From Octopus sinensis (taxonomy: Eukaryota): 64,000 nucleotides of DNA. Position 1 is the stretch's first letter. The number at the start of each line of letters is the position of its first letter. Positions 23,504 through 36,416 of the stretch are shown here, piece by piece. The stretch spans positions 99,262,001 to 99,326,000 of the forward strand of contig NC_043003.1 in assembly GCF_006345805.1 (NCBI RefSeq). The letters run 5' to 3'. The notes beneath the pieces are model-generated. The model had not been told where the DNA came from. It was given only the letters and a program-made list of their open reading frames with translations, and made no database searches. A program made the translations under genes and the position numbers.

Positions 23504-24673
23504 CAATGAATAAAGTGGGAACGACTTTTGAAGAGGTTAATGTAATTAAAATGGCTAGGAAATCGCTTATAAAGTACAAAAATAAAATATGGGCTAGGAA
23601 AGATACTAGGGACTTTTTTGATATACCTATGGGAGCACCTGATTCTGCACAAGCTACGGATTTAGTAGGTAGTTATCTTTTATCTGAACTCCAATTAGAA
23701 AATTTAAAAATAGAGGGTGGTTTATATAGGGATGACCTTCTACTAATTACTAAGAATTGTACTAATAGGAACCTAGAAGTATATAAGAAAAAACTTTATA
23801 GTTTCTTTAAAAGATATGGTTTAAGTATTACTATATATAATGAGATTTTTAATGTTAATTATTTAGATGTTAATTTTAATCTTATTACAGGTAAAACACA
23901 ACCATATCATAAACTTAGATATATAATGTTAATAGTAATCACCCACCATCAATTAAAAAATCGTTGATTAATAATATAAGTAAACGTATATCATTACTTT
24001 CTTATGATTTAGAGATTTTTAATAAACATGCTCCTTATTACAATGAAGCCCTTAGAGAGGCAGGTTATAATAGTAATATTAAATTTTTTATTAATAATAA
24101 AGATAAAACTATTAATAATAGAGATAAAAATATTAATGATAATTATAATAATTTTGTTAGTAATATTGGTAATAATCTTAGTAATTATAAAAATAAAAAT
24201 AATATAAATAAAAATAAGAATAAAAATAAAAATAATAACTTTAATAATTCTTTAAATGTTATAATTTTAAATTTAAATCTAATAATAATAATAATATGAT
24301 AAAGAAATATGATAATAATAATGGTAACTATAATAATGATAGTTTTAATAATAATAATAAGAAAAATAAGAATAAAATTTGGTTAATAGTTCCTTATGGT
24401 GCTCAAGTTAAAACGAACATTATTAAAGAGATTTTAGATATTATTGAACTATTTATTCGAGATAATCGTAAATATAAAAACATTTTCTCTAGTAATAATT
24501 TTGGAGTAGGTTGTTCGACCACTAATAGTGTAGGTAACATTATTTCTTCTTTTAACAAATTTAAACTGAATAATTTTTATAAAAATAAATTATATAATAA
24601 TACCAATAATAAAAAAGATAAGACACTCATTAACTGTACATGTAGAGATAAAACTAAATGTATAGTTACATTA

Positions 24674-25088
24674 CTCTTTACTCTTTTACTCTTTTACTTG
24701 TTTCAGTCATTTGACTGCGGCCATGCTGGAGCACCGCCTTTAATCGAGCAACTCGACCCCGGGACATATTCTTTTTGTAAGCCCAGTACTTATTCTATCG
24801 GTCTCTTTTGCCGAACCGCTAAGTGATGGGGACATAAACACACCAGCATCGGTTGTCAAGCAATGCTAGGGGGATAAACACAGACACACAAACACACACA
24901 CGCATATATATATATACATATATACGACGGGCTTCTTTCAGTTTCCGTCTACCAAATCCACTCACAAGGCATTGGTCGGCCCGGGGCTATAGTAGAAGAC
25001 ACTTGCCCAAGATGCCACGCAGTGGGACTGAACCCGGAACCATGTGGTTGGTTAGCAAGCTACTTACCACACAGCCACTCCTGCGCCT
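24674..25088 (-). repeat. Full-length SINE family B inserted in PLE-1
   Basis: Head AGGCGCAGGAGTGGCTGTGTGGTAAGTAGCTTGC on the minus strand, (GAGTAAAA)n-type tail; 8-bp TSD TTACATTA at 24666-24673 and 25089-25096. Confidence 0.9.
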
Positions 25089-25405
25089 TTACATTATGAG
25101 AATAATAATAATAATAATAATAATAACTCAAACGCGATGTATATAGGGTCCACTTCCTCTAAAATAAAATTAAGAATCGCACAGCATATGCATTCATTTA
25201 AAAATAAAAACTTAATTAACTCCACTGGACTTAGCAAGTACATTTGGGGACTTAAATCCCAAAATATTAATTATGATTTATCATGGGAAATAATTAGTAA
25301 GGCTAAATCATATAGTATAAGAGGGCATTTTTGTTATTTATGTTCAAATGAGTTTAAGGAAATTTTATTTTATAAGCATGATAATTTAGTGAATACCTGG
25401 GATGA

Positions 25406-25618
25406 TGTAGAACTGAAAAAGAAGTCATTTCTACTCTTCTCCTCTGGAAGCCATCTACTCGCAATACCAAAGGGCGCACACTCTCCTACCCTGATGTAAT
25501 CTCCAGGGATACAGGCATCCAGCAACAGGACCTCCGTAATGCCATGATGGAACGTGAAGTCTGGCGTGGCATGGTAAATTCCATTGTCTCGACCACGGTC
25601 GAACAATGATGATGATGA
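25406..25618 (+). mobile_element. 5'-truncated RTE-type LINE 3' end inserted in the PLE-1 EN
   Basis: CRTEKEVISTLLLWKP..LSYPDVISRDTG..DLRNAMMEREVWRGMV*, (GAT)n tail; TSD TGGGATGA at 25398-25405 and 25619-25626. Confidence 0.85.
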
Positions 25619-26299
25619 TGGGATGAGCGCAAAATAAAATGCAGACACAAGTTACTTTACTTATAAAATAAATTTCTTGATAAATAATGAATATTTCTTA
25701 GCCTTAATTAGCTCCTTATTTGTTGATTTATGTAATAGTATTCTAAATATAGTAGGTGATTTATAGTACTTATTACACTAGTTTATTTTAGTTATTTAGG
25801 TTCTGTTTTTAATTATAGTTAGATTATATATAGTCGTTTATTTTATTAATAAATATTTAATGGTTTATTGAATATAGAGTTTGGAAAGTTACAATTTTAT
25901 TTATCTTATAATATAGTTAAGTTTATATATTTTGTTATATTTCTGTTATAATTTTGTTAAATTATAATTTTGTTAAATTAATCTATTTGTATGTAATTTC
26001 TTTATATTTGAAATAGATTTATTTAGTTGTTTATTTAATCTATTTTATTTAATATAGAAGTATAGATTAGTGAGATTAAATATTTAGATTAAACTTAATG
26101 TTTACCTCTATTTTTGTATAGAAGTATGAATATAGACATTTATATACGTATTTATTTATATGATATATGCGTTTGTGTGTGTATGTATATATATGTATAG
26201 GTTTATGTGCGTGTATATATATGTATATACATTTATTTAAGTGTGTGTGTGGGTATGTGTATATATTGAGTATTGTATGTATGTGTGTGTATGTGTGTA

Positions 26300-26368
<69 letters not shown>

Positions 26369-27189
26369 ATTATATATATATGTATACGTATGTATAGTTA
26401 TACCGCAAATTTTGATAAGTACTTTAGAGATTTCGGTTATGATCACTAATTTTAGCTTATAAGAGCATTGAGAAAGACTTTATAGTACGTTGAGGGGTTA
26501 CTATAAAAACATTTTTTTATATATTTATTAGAGTATATTTATATATTTATTAGAGTATATTTAATAATTAGAGTATATTTAATAATTAGTGGTTTTTAAT
26601 CATTTAAATTATTTAATTTATTCTGTATTAAGTATTATTTATCATAGTTATTTTATTAATAAATCTTATAGTATATAGTGATTTTATTCTTTATTTGTGA
26701 CTTCATTCTATTTACACTTCTTGATAAACCATAAATGTTCCCATTCACAATCTTCATTGATAAAGCGTATTTGTTTCTCACGCTTAATGAATTCTTCAAC
26801 AATTTATTCTTTTTTTGCAAATAACGTAATTCCACGAGTATTCTTATAAACGCTGTAAAGACGTTTTCCGATTCAAAATTTTAGTTCATTACAAAACCTC
26901 GCTAAGATAAGTATTTATTTATATTTAAGATCTTTAAATTGTAAATTTTAATATTTTATAAGCCTTTGGTGTAATAATATTTTTCTTATGTAAATATCGT
27001 TGTTTATGTAATGATCTAGTTATCGTAATTTTCTATATAATTATTAGATATTAAATTTAAATTTATTCGTAAGATATTACTTAGCGATAGATATGTTGTT
27101 TGATAGTAAATATACGAGCTGTTTAAAGTTAGGTTTATGTATATACATGTATTAATAGCATTAATTGTAGTTTTAAATTTCTTATAATT

Positions 27190-27270
27190 AAAATTAGATA
27201 AACTTAAATAAACTTAGATATGTTTCGACCAAAGATTGGTCCAGGACATGTCTAACTTAATAGCATAACT
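27190..27270 (-). mobile_element. Extreme 3' tip of the CR1 family at 32662-34855
   Basis: AAACTTAGATATGTTTCGACCA.AGATTGGTCCAGG.CATGTCTAACTTAATAGCA is nearly identical to 32675-32730. Confidence 0.8.
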
Positions 27271-27827
27271 TAGTTTTTGTCTTTTTAAATTGATATTTGC
27301 TAGTTTCATTCCCATTGATAAATATATTTATAGTATTTATAGTATTTATTCGATACTATATAACTACAAATTGATTATTTCTATAAGTATTTTAAATATA
27401 AGATTTCTGAAAGTTTGTTTAAGTTTGTTTGTATTTTTGAAATTAGCTATTTCATCTTTAAATATGAAAAATTAATTTATTAGGTCTTTTTATATGTACA
27501 TATATATTTATTTATAGAGATTATTTTAGATCTTAATTATAATATTTATATAGATTTATATATTTTCATTGATAATTTATATATTATAGTCATTTTTAAA
27601 AAAAAATATTTATGTAATTAGATAGACTATTACCGATTATTGGTGGGTTTCTTACCTTAAAATTAAAATTAATATTTAACATTATAATCGATTTTGATAT
27701 AATCATAATCGTTAAGTTTTAAGTTTCTAGTTTGATAATAGAGTTTATTATAAGTAAAATTATTATATTATTTATATCTTAAAAATATTGTTTAAATATT
27801 TCTGATTATTTTAAAAATATTTCAATT

Positions 27828-27920
27828 AACCTGAAGATTGACTGTAACCATAATTCGAATTATTAATTGAATTTAAATTATTGTTATTCGAATTGGTACA
27901 GCCATGAAACGATCGTAGTG
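27828..27920 (+). ncRNA. Type I hammerhead fold with long stem II and weak stem I (probable PLE-1 pLTR)
   Basis: CTGAAGA 27831-37; stem II TG.CTGT/ACAG.CA, ACCA/TGGT, AATTCGAAT/ATTCGAATT; GAA; palindrome ACGATCGT; GUA ending at 27917; stem I only AC/GT. Confidence 0.55.
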
Positions 27921-28208
27921 TTTTACTTTTTATCTTTTATTAAACTTTTAATACTTTTGATATTTATATTTAAAAAAAAATTAAATAATTAATAAATAAA
28001 ATAATATATAAATATAAAAATATACATACATACACACACACACATATATATATACTTTGTATATATATATATATATTTAAAATTTATAAGTTTAAATTAT
28101 TTAAATAATTTTTTAATTTAAAAATTTTATATTTTTAAAATAATTTTATGTATAGGCTTATGTTTTTCACTGTTTGATTTGCCTAATAGTGGTTTTATCT
28201 CTAATTTA

Positions 28209-28249
<41 letters not shown>

Positions 28250-28364
28250 CAACAATTGAGGGTAAAATTAATTAATTAATACTGAACTCATTAGAAATAG
28301 CAGCTAAAAAAACTTTTTTAAAACTATTTCTAATACTTAAAGAAAACCTCTCTCATATAGTGTT

Positions 28365-28428
<64 letters not shown>

Positions 28429-28438
28429 ATTATGAATG

Positions 28439-28498
<60 letters not shown>

Positions 28499-28499
28499 A

Positions 28500-28699
28500 G
28501 GCACAAGGGTGGCTGTGTGATAAGAAGCTTGCTTCCCAATCACATGGTTCCGGGTTCAGTCCCATTGTGTGGAACCTTGGACAAGTGTTTTCTACTATAG
28601 TCTTGGGCTGACCAAAGCCTTGTGAGTGGATATTGTAGACGGAACCCGTGAGAAGCTTCCTATATATATATATATATATATACATGGGAAGCTTCTCAC

Positions 28700-28756
<57 letters not shown>

Positions 28757-28985
28757 GTGTGTGTGTGTGTGTGTGTATTTGTGTGTCTGTTTGTCCACCC
28801 ACCATCGCTTGACAACCGATGTTGGTGTGTTTACGTCACGTAACTTAGCGGTTTTGCAAAAGGGACCGATAGATTAAGAACTAGGATTACAAAGAATAGA
28901 TTCTGGGATCAACTTGTTCGACTAAAGAGTGTGCTCCAGCATGGCTGCAGTCAAATGACTGAAACAAGTAAACGAATAAAAGAAA
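28500..28985 (+). repeat. SINE family B copy with expanded internal microsatellite
   Basis: GGTGGCTGTGTGATAAGAAGCTTGCTTCCCAATCACATGGTTCCGGGTTCAGTCCC head to CAGCATGGCTGCAGTCAAATGACTGAAACAAGTAAA tail. Confidence 0.85.
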
Positions 28986-29039
28986 AGAATATATATGCAT
29001 TATACATATATATTACATACATGTTTACATTATATATAA

Positions 29040-29101
<62 letters not shown>

Positions 29102-29364
29102 GATATGCATTATATATACTAGCAGAATGACACCGCCCTCCAGGCGGTTTCCTGCTAGCCCCTTGATAATATTTTCACATTTGATTCCTTATTCTAATAA
29201 TTTTATATTTTACGTCTAATTATTTTATCACAGTAATAATCTCTCTTTTTTTAACAAGCAACATGGTAGTCCAACAACAGAGGGAGAAGCAGTTTGTCAA
29301 GTTTTACTTTCTCCTCAAAGTAACACAGAGATTTCAATTCAGCAACCCTTTTCTAAGCTTTGCA

Positions 29365-29397
<33 letters not shown>

Positions 29398-30409
29398 GGA
29401 GAGAGAGAGAAAGAGAGAGAGAGAAAGAGATAGAGTGAGAGAGAAAAAGAGAGAGAGAGAACATTGCAAACAATGAATGAAATAAACATGAAATGAAAAT
29501 TTGTATAAATGAAAGGGCATTGCTGCAGATGTATATGCCCCTGAATTTGTTGTCTCATGACATCCAGAAAAATGGACAATTCTTAAAATTGTCTACAAAT
29601 ACCGCTTAGATGTTGTGACTTCAGAGTATATAGGGATTTATGAGAAAGAATTTTTCGGAGCTGGTCGAGAGAGGGGTTTTGGAAAATTCACACGATCTGA
29701 CTTTTTTCCCTCATACTTTTCAGGAAGAAGGATATCTTTTAATGAAAATTTATACAAATCCCTTTCAAACAGCATAGATTACGATTATAAAAAAATTTGT
29801 GGGAAAAATTTTTTCAAATATTTTCCTCATTTTTTTTTAAACCATAGCCTTCGAAATGATGGGGAGGGGTGGGGGCATTTTTGATGAAAACGTTTTGTAA
29901 ACTCTTTTTTTTACACCATCTCCCTCATCATTCCACTCTGGACCTATTTTGGCCAATTTTGTTCTGCACTTCAAAACCATGGGAAAAGCATTTTCAGTAA
30001 AATATTTTTAAAAAATTGTTAATATTTTTGAGTGATTTAAGGGCGACTTGACTATTGTTTCTAGCATATCCAAAGACAACCCTCCTTGTTTCTTTATCAC
30101 TCTCATATGTATTGATGTTTTTCAATATTTCCCCCCATAAATATATTTATATGCTATAAAAAAGAAAATTTGAGAAATGAAATTTTTGCAACCCCACTTC
30201 CTGCCCACAATTGTTTCTGTTTAGAAATTAAAATATTGGAGAGCCTGAGAAGGTCATTGCTGGCAGTTACCCACAGTGATTTAATAACAATTAAGGAGAT
30301 GTACTTGCATAGTAAGTGACTTGATCTGAGATCGTGTGCTGAAACAAAAACAATTGCAGCGTAGATGTTTGTAAGCCATTCAAGAACACAAAGAAACTGT
30401 TAGTTTCAC

Positions 30410-30558
30410 GGCACTACTTAAATACCGAGGTCCTGATGCATCTACGTAACGATATGAAGGATTAGTTTTAGGGTTAGTTAGGGTTAGGGTGTCATTACAT
30501 GTCCACACAGCGTACATTTATAATGTTTTGTACGTAACAACTGTATTTAAGTAGTACC
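30410..30558. mobile_element. 149-bp MITE-like insert containing TTAGGG repeats
   Basis: 16-bp TIR GGCACTACTTAAATAC / GTATTTAAGTAGTACC (one mismatch); TTAGGGTTAGTTAGGGTTAGGG at 30468-30489. Confidence 0.65.
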
Positions 30559-31350
30559 AGTTGCACTTTAACATTTAAAAAAATCAATTGTGTCAAAATA
30601 TTTCTTCGCTTTGAAACCGCGACCTGTTTACTGACAAAACTTCGCAAAAGTTATGCAGCACGAAGTTTTGCCAGTGAACAGCAAACACACACATTGATCT
30701 TCATTTTTGTGTATGTGTATCTGTGTGCGCGAGTGTCACAGTTGATGTCGCTCGTGCAACTTGTTTGTGTATATATTGGCTTCGTGGTACAGAGTGTTTG
30801 GAAATGGTGAATAAGGTGCAAGCTTCGAGTACTTGGCGGTAACTTTTTTTCTTCTCCTTGTCTTCTAATAGTAATTATCCAACTTTCTCGGCTCTTCTCA
30901 CAGCTATCCCGCGTTCAAAAATTATACAGGTGTTTTAAAAATTTTCATTCAATAAATAAGAAATTACGTATACATTAATAGAATAGTAAAGAATATATTA
31001 CATATACATTAAAAGAATAAACTATCGGTTTTCCAAATAGCGAATGAAAACTTAAAAGAGAAAGTGCGAGACTTTGCAAATGAGAATGAAATACTCTGCA
31101 GTGAATGCAATGAATGTCTAAATTTGTGACTTGAACACAGTGAATGCAATGAATATTTAAATTTGCAAGAAATTGGAGTTAAAAAATTCAAGGAACTTGA
31201 GAAATCGAAATTATTGGAAATTTCTTAGAACGTGAATTTATAGAAATATTTTAAGACGGTTAACCCTTTAATAATTGCATTCTTTTAGTACTTGTGGTAA
31301 TTGTTACATACCTAATCAATAAGCAGCTTGCTCCATTATAGTATAGATAC

Positions 31351-31409
<59 letters not shown>

Positions 31410-31410
31410 G

Positions 31411-32656
31411 CAGGGTGTCTCCCCAAAATGTATACACACTTTAGCAGCTGATAACTCGATTTTTTTTCCAGATGAAACTCATTGGAATTAATGATAGCAG
31501 TCAGCCTAAGCTTTGAGCAAAGGAAATTCATTCTAAAATACTACTGGAAGTGTGAAAACGCAGTTGAAGTGCAAAGACAGTTTAGGAGGGAGTTTCAAAT
31601 AGATCCACCAATGCGACTTGCCATCACTCGAATTAGAGATAAGCTTGAAGCCGATGGAACCGTTCAGAATGTCTGCAAGAAGCGTCCCGGAAGACCACGA
31701 ACATCGACAACCCCAACAAAGCAAGAAGGAGTGCTGGAAACGTATCACCAAAGTCCAAGAAAATATGTGCGGCAAGCTAGTCATGGGGTAGGTATTTCAA
31801 AATCATCTGTCCAACGCATTTTGAAGCGTTGTCAATAGAAAAGTTACGTTTCAAAATTAGTCCATGCTATTAATGTCGAAGATCCAGACCGAAAGTGCAG
31901 TATCGCGAGTGGTTCTTGGCACGATGTGTAGAAGATGCACACTTTCCAACAAAGATTGTGTGGAGTGATGAGGCCACATTCGAATTAAATGGTTCAATTA
32001 ACCACCACAATTGCACCTACTGGGGACCTGAGAATCCGCATGTTATGGTGAAACACTATGTTAATTTACCAGGAGTTACAGTGTGGTGTGGCTTATAATC
32101 AAGAGGATTAATTGGACCATTCTTTTTCGACGCCACTGTGACTGGTCCCGTTTACTTGAACATGATGCAACAGTCTGTCATACCAAGCATTAGAGAAGAC
32201 TTTGAAGATGGGGAGTTTTATTTTCAGCAAGCTGGGACACCCCCACATCACCATCACTATGTTAGATACTTCCTTGATGAGATTTTGTCAAACAGGTGAA
32301 TTGGACGAAGCGATTTCGCTGAATACCCTCTGCGTTCACCAGACTTCACACCACTAGACTTTTTTTATGGGGATACCTAAAAGACAAAGTCTACGCTATG
32401 AAACCTGTCACTGATTTGAGAGCAGCCATAGAACGAGAATGCACACAAATACCAAACGAATTCTTTCGTGATGTTTTCGAATCCACTGCTTCGCGTTGTC
32501 AGCAGTGCCTGAACCAGGACGGACGTTAGTTTGAAAACAGGCGTTGAGAAAACAATAAAACAATGTCTGTAAATTCTATTAAATTTTGAAAATGAAAGGT
32601 ATTTTAATAAACACTACAATTATTTAAAGTGCGTATGCATTGTTTTGGACACCCTG
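31411..32656 (+). mobile_element. DD41D (rosa-type) Tc1/mariner transposon, full length but decayed
   Basis: TIRs CAGGGTGTC.CC..AAAATGTATACACACTTTA / TAAAGTGCGTATGCATTGTTTTGGACACCCTG; GRPRTS, SPRK, WSDEATF.LNG.IN.HN..YW, VWCG, GPFFF; 41 residues between the (mutated) QQDG aspartate and SPDFTPLD. Confidence 0.9.
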
Positions 32657-32661
32657 TATAT

Positions 32662-34850
32662 ATAAAACTTAGATAAAACTTAGATATGTTTCGACCAGAG
32701 ATTGGTCCAGGCCATGTCTAACTTAATAGCACCACCTGATAGGATTATTCGAATCCTGTTTAAGTCAAGTTTTGTTCAAGTAGTGAGTTCTTGTTGGGTG
32801 AGTTGTATCCAGTTTTGTTCAAGTAGTGAGTTCTTGTTGGGTGAGTTGTATCCAATTATGGGTGGCTTGTCTGGTATTTTTGAAGGAATCTATCCAGACT
32901 CTGTTTGAAGTTGATGGGATCCTTTTCCTCTTGATCTCCCTCGGGACAATGTTAAATAGGGCAGGGCCTGTTGAGGAAAAGAAATTATGTTGCAGTGTAC
33001 ATGTATGTTGTGATCTTGAATTTGGCAGGGGACGTATAGCCCGTGGTCCAAGTCTCGGATGAACCTTGAAGCTAATGTTTAGGTCGTTTGGGCAAAGTTG
33101 GCGGTATATTTTCCACATCGTACAAATGATGTACCGCTCACGGCGACGCTGGAGGGAGTAAAGTTTCAAGGCTTTAAGGCGATCCCAATAGTCGAGAGCA
33201 GCCATGCCTTCAATTTGTTTAGTGAGAGCCCTCTGGGGTGACTCAATTCTGGAGATGTTTTGTCTTGTGTGAGGAGACCACAGTGGGCAGCAGTATTCAA
33301 GGCGTGGCCGTACAAGGATGAAAAAAGTGGTATGATGACACCTTGTTCTCTGGACCGGAAAGTCTTAAGATCCAGGAACTCATCCTACGAGCTGTATCGA
33401 CCTTCTTATTGATGTGTGCGCTCCAACTGAGATCGTCATCAACAATTACACCCGGTCTCTGATATTGTTAGAGGCTGTGAGCGGTTCCCCTGAAGGAAGA
33501 GAGTATGTTTGCTTTAGTGAGGAATTTCTTCCAAAATGCATCAGCTCAAATTTTCCCTCATTCAGTTGCATTTTGTTTCTGTCTGCCATTGACTCACAGC
33601 ATATAGGTCAGACTGGAGTTGAGTTCTGTCGGTCTGCTTCTCATTGACGATTTGCTGGAGCTTAGTGTCATCAGCGAATATTTTCACTTTGCAGTGATGT
33701 ACGACACTGGAAAGGTCGTTTACAAAATTATGAAGAGTAGCGGACCCAAAACAGTTCCTGGGGAACACCGCTGGTGACTTTTGCTGGGTTGAGTGGACTC
33801 CATCAACTACAACATGTGTGTTCTATTCTCTAGGAAATACTGAATCCAGTGTAGAACTTTTCCACGGATTCCAACATTTGCCAATTTTGAGAGTAGGATG
33901 TTATGGTCTACCCTGTCGAACGCTTTACTGAAGTCAAGGTATATGACGTCAGAGTTCGAACCTGTTCCCAAGGCTTTGAGTACATCTTCAATGTGGTGTA
34001 AGAGCTGTGTTAGACAGTCCCTGCCACAGCGAAAGCCATGTTGATTGAATTTAGGAGTTGTGGGTCTCCAGGAAGTCAGCTATCCTTGATCTTAACCACT
34101 CTTTCAAACACTTTAATGATGTGGGAGGTGAGTGAGATTGGGCGATAGTTGACTGCGAGGGATCTGTTTCCCTGTTTGAAAACCGGGATGACCGACTGGG
34201 ATAGAAACTTTTTCGGTATATAACCTGCGTCTAACGAGTTTCTCCAGAGGTTGATCAGAGGGACTGCAAGTGATATCTACATTCCTTCAGGAGACTGGCG
34301 GGAAATCTATCAGGGCCTACAGCGGAGTAATGTTTGACCTCATTTATTGCTGCTACGATGTCGGTGGCAGTGAAGGTTATGTCTGCGATTTTGTTGTTGG
34401 GAGTCAGCTTCGTTCGTTCCCTCACAACAATATCAGTGGGAACACTGAAGACAGAGCAATATTGTTTCTGCAGTATTTCTGCCATTCTTTAGCATCGTGT
34501 TGGGGAATGCCGTTTTCATCAATCAATGGCCCAATAGGTGAGACAGTGGTTCTATGCTTATTTGCATAAGAATAGAACACTTTTGGGTTCTGTTTGATGT
34601 TTTTGATTACCCATTGTTCCTCCACAGCTCTTTGATTTCAATGGAGGTTTTCATGTTAGTCTGCAGATGAAGTTTTTCCAGCTCTAGTCTTTTCATTATT
34701 GTTGAATGTGGATGTTGCGTGTGGGAATATTTTAATTGGTTGATTTTTTTGTTGAGTCTTTTGATGCGCCTGATGAGTGTTTTTTCTTTTTAGGGAGCCG
34801 GTTTCTGTTTGTGTTAGTAGATTTCTTGGGAGCGTGTTTAGAGCATGTGT

Positions 34851-34855
<5 letters not shown>
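32662..34855 (-). mobile_element. CR1-clade LINE, 5'-truncated ORF2 RT region to 3' tail
   Basis: Same family as 13500-15680: VFYSYAN, AEILQKQY, FADDTKL, YWDRLKALKLYSLQRRRERY; tail (TCTAAGTTTTA)n. Confidence 0.9.
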
Positions 34856-34893
<38 letters not shown>

Positions 34894-35519
34894 ATATATA
34901 TATATATATATATATATATCACACAAATACACACATTATATACATATATAAGCGTGCACACACACGCACACACATATATAAAGCAAATATGTAACAAGAA
35001 TGTCCAGGTATCAATGCATTACGCCCATTTCAATCGGCTTCATTTAATCGATCAATGAAAAAATTACATCAAATTGAAATAAACCGCTCTCCTTGGGTGC
35101 ATACGGCCATATAGATTTTCAACATACAGGATACACCATTATAATTTCTTAGCAAATTTTTCCTCAGTACTAGAGACCAAAATAATTAAATTCCTTCTCT
35201 TTGCTATTTTTGTGGCAGAATGAATTTAGGGAAAAATACTTAAAGCCTCTTATAATTTTGAGTGGCAGAAGACAATAATGAGGGTGAAGAAAGAGGAATG
35301 GTGATAGAGTTACATTCATCTTTAGCCTTTTCACTGCAGCATGTAGTCTACAACCTCTTAGAATTAAATCCAATGAGAATTAACGGTTAAGTTCTTGTTG
35401 TTGTTGGTAAATTAATTAATGTCAGATAATGTCCTCTACCCCTATTTTATTAGGACCATAAAACCAGCCATATCTTCATAAAAGAATATTTCTCAGAAGT
35501 TACTAGTAAGATAATGATA

Positions 35520-35775
35520 GAGAAGAGGTGATAATCAGAAAAAGGAGGTGTGGGGTAGTGTGGGTATGTGGGATGTGTAGGGGGTGGGTGCGGAGTGTGG
35601 ATGAAGGGAGTATCAATGAAGAGAGAAGGTGGGTAGAAGTGAAGAGAGGAAGTAGGTGTCAGATGAAGAGAGGAGGGGAGTTGTGCCCATGGGGGAAAAG
35701 GAGCGAAGATCAATTTCTGTTTACGGCGAAGGCGGGAGTCCGGACGGCCACTGTGCAAAGACAATCCGAACAAAA
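35520..35775 (-). mobile_element. Neptune-type PLE 3' end fragment (EN C-terminus + pyrimidine-rich UTR)
   Basis: GLSLHSGRPDSRLRRKQKLIF on the minus strand; homologous to 40460-40505. Confidence 0.55.
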
Positions 35776-35892
35776 GGTGGTATATATATGTAAATATATA
35801 TAACACGAATGAGTGGTCAAACGAAAGAAAGACACTCAACTCATTTATTGGGAGTTACATGTAATAGATCGAAACAGTTTGGTTCAAATTCC

Positions 35893-35934
35893 ATGGTGCT
35901 TAAGTTTCAAAGCGTGATGCTAATCTTCAGCCAT
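35893..35934 (-). ncRNA. Hammerhead relic
   Basis: ATGG-CTGAAGA-T.AGC.atcac.GCT.TT-GAA-ACTTAAGC-A-CCAT; U16.1 changed to C, one base from palindrome ACTTAAGT. Confidence 0.45.
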
Positions 35935-36332
35935 TGGAAATTTGAATGAGAGGTCAGTTGGAGAAAAATCAATTGTTATTACCGGAAGGTGGGTTGCGAT
36001 TGGTCCACCCGCATACTCTCACCCCTTGTACAGAACCACATATATACATGCGCATGCGAGTGGATGTGCAGGTGCAACCTCTCTGTGTATGTATGTTTAT
36101 ATGTGTGTGTACGCCTATGTATACATACACGCATAAATACAAAAGCACACATAATAATAGTAAAAGAATGCGGGAGTGGTATGATAGTAGTAGGATGTTA
36201 AATGGTCAAGTGCCCTGAAAGTGATTTGTTCAGAGACGTCTCAAGAATTCAATCACTACTACCATCCACAACAGTCACTTTCAGGGCACTTGATTATTTA
36301 ACATCCTACTACTATCATACCATTCCCGCATT

Positions 36333-36416
36333 TTCTTCTTCTTCTTCTTCTTCTTCTTCTTCTTCTTCTTCTTCTTCTTCTTCTTCTTCTTCTTCTTCTT
36401 CTTCTTCTTCTTCTTC
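36333..36416. repeat. (TTC)n microsatellite
   Basis: Perfect trinucleotide array. Confidence 0.95.

Larger units (their letters stand above)
23506..25670 (+). pseudogene. PLE-1: very AT-rich Penelope-like element (YRDD type, tentatively Nematis-like), RT + GIY-YIG, 5'-truncated and interrupted by a SINE and an RTE fragment
   Basis: FDIPMGAPDSAQATDLVG, GGLYRDDLL, VNYLDVNFNL, ISKRIS.LS, IWLIVPY, NCTCRDKTKC, MYIGSTSSKIKLRIAQH..STGLSKYIW.LK..W.II..CYLCSNE..; C-terminal CRH. Confidence 0.9.

Noticed and set aside
26700-27180. Inverted PLE N-terminal coding fragment
   Set aside because: Only a weak ITPK.YK.L resemblance in stop-ridden, extremely AT-rich sequence.
30468-30489. Telomere or chromosome-fusion scar
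   Set aside because: Only about three TTAGGG units, enclosed by TIRs.
35125-35170. Minus-strand CTGAGGA..GAA-ATTATAAT palindrome
   Set aside because: No stem II or stem I, and G at position 17; likely chance in AT-rich DNA.
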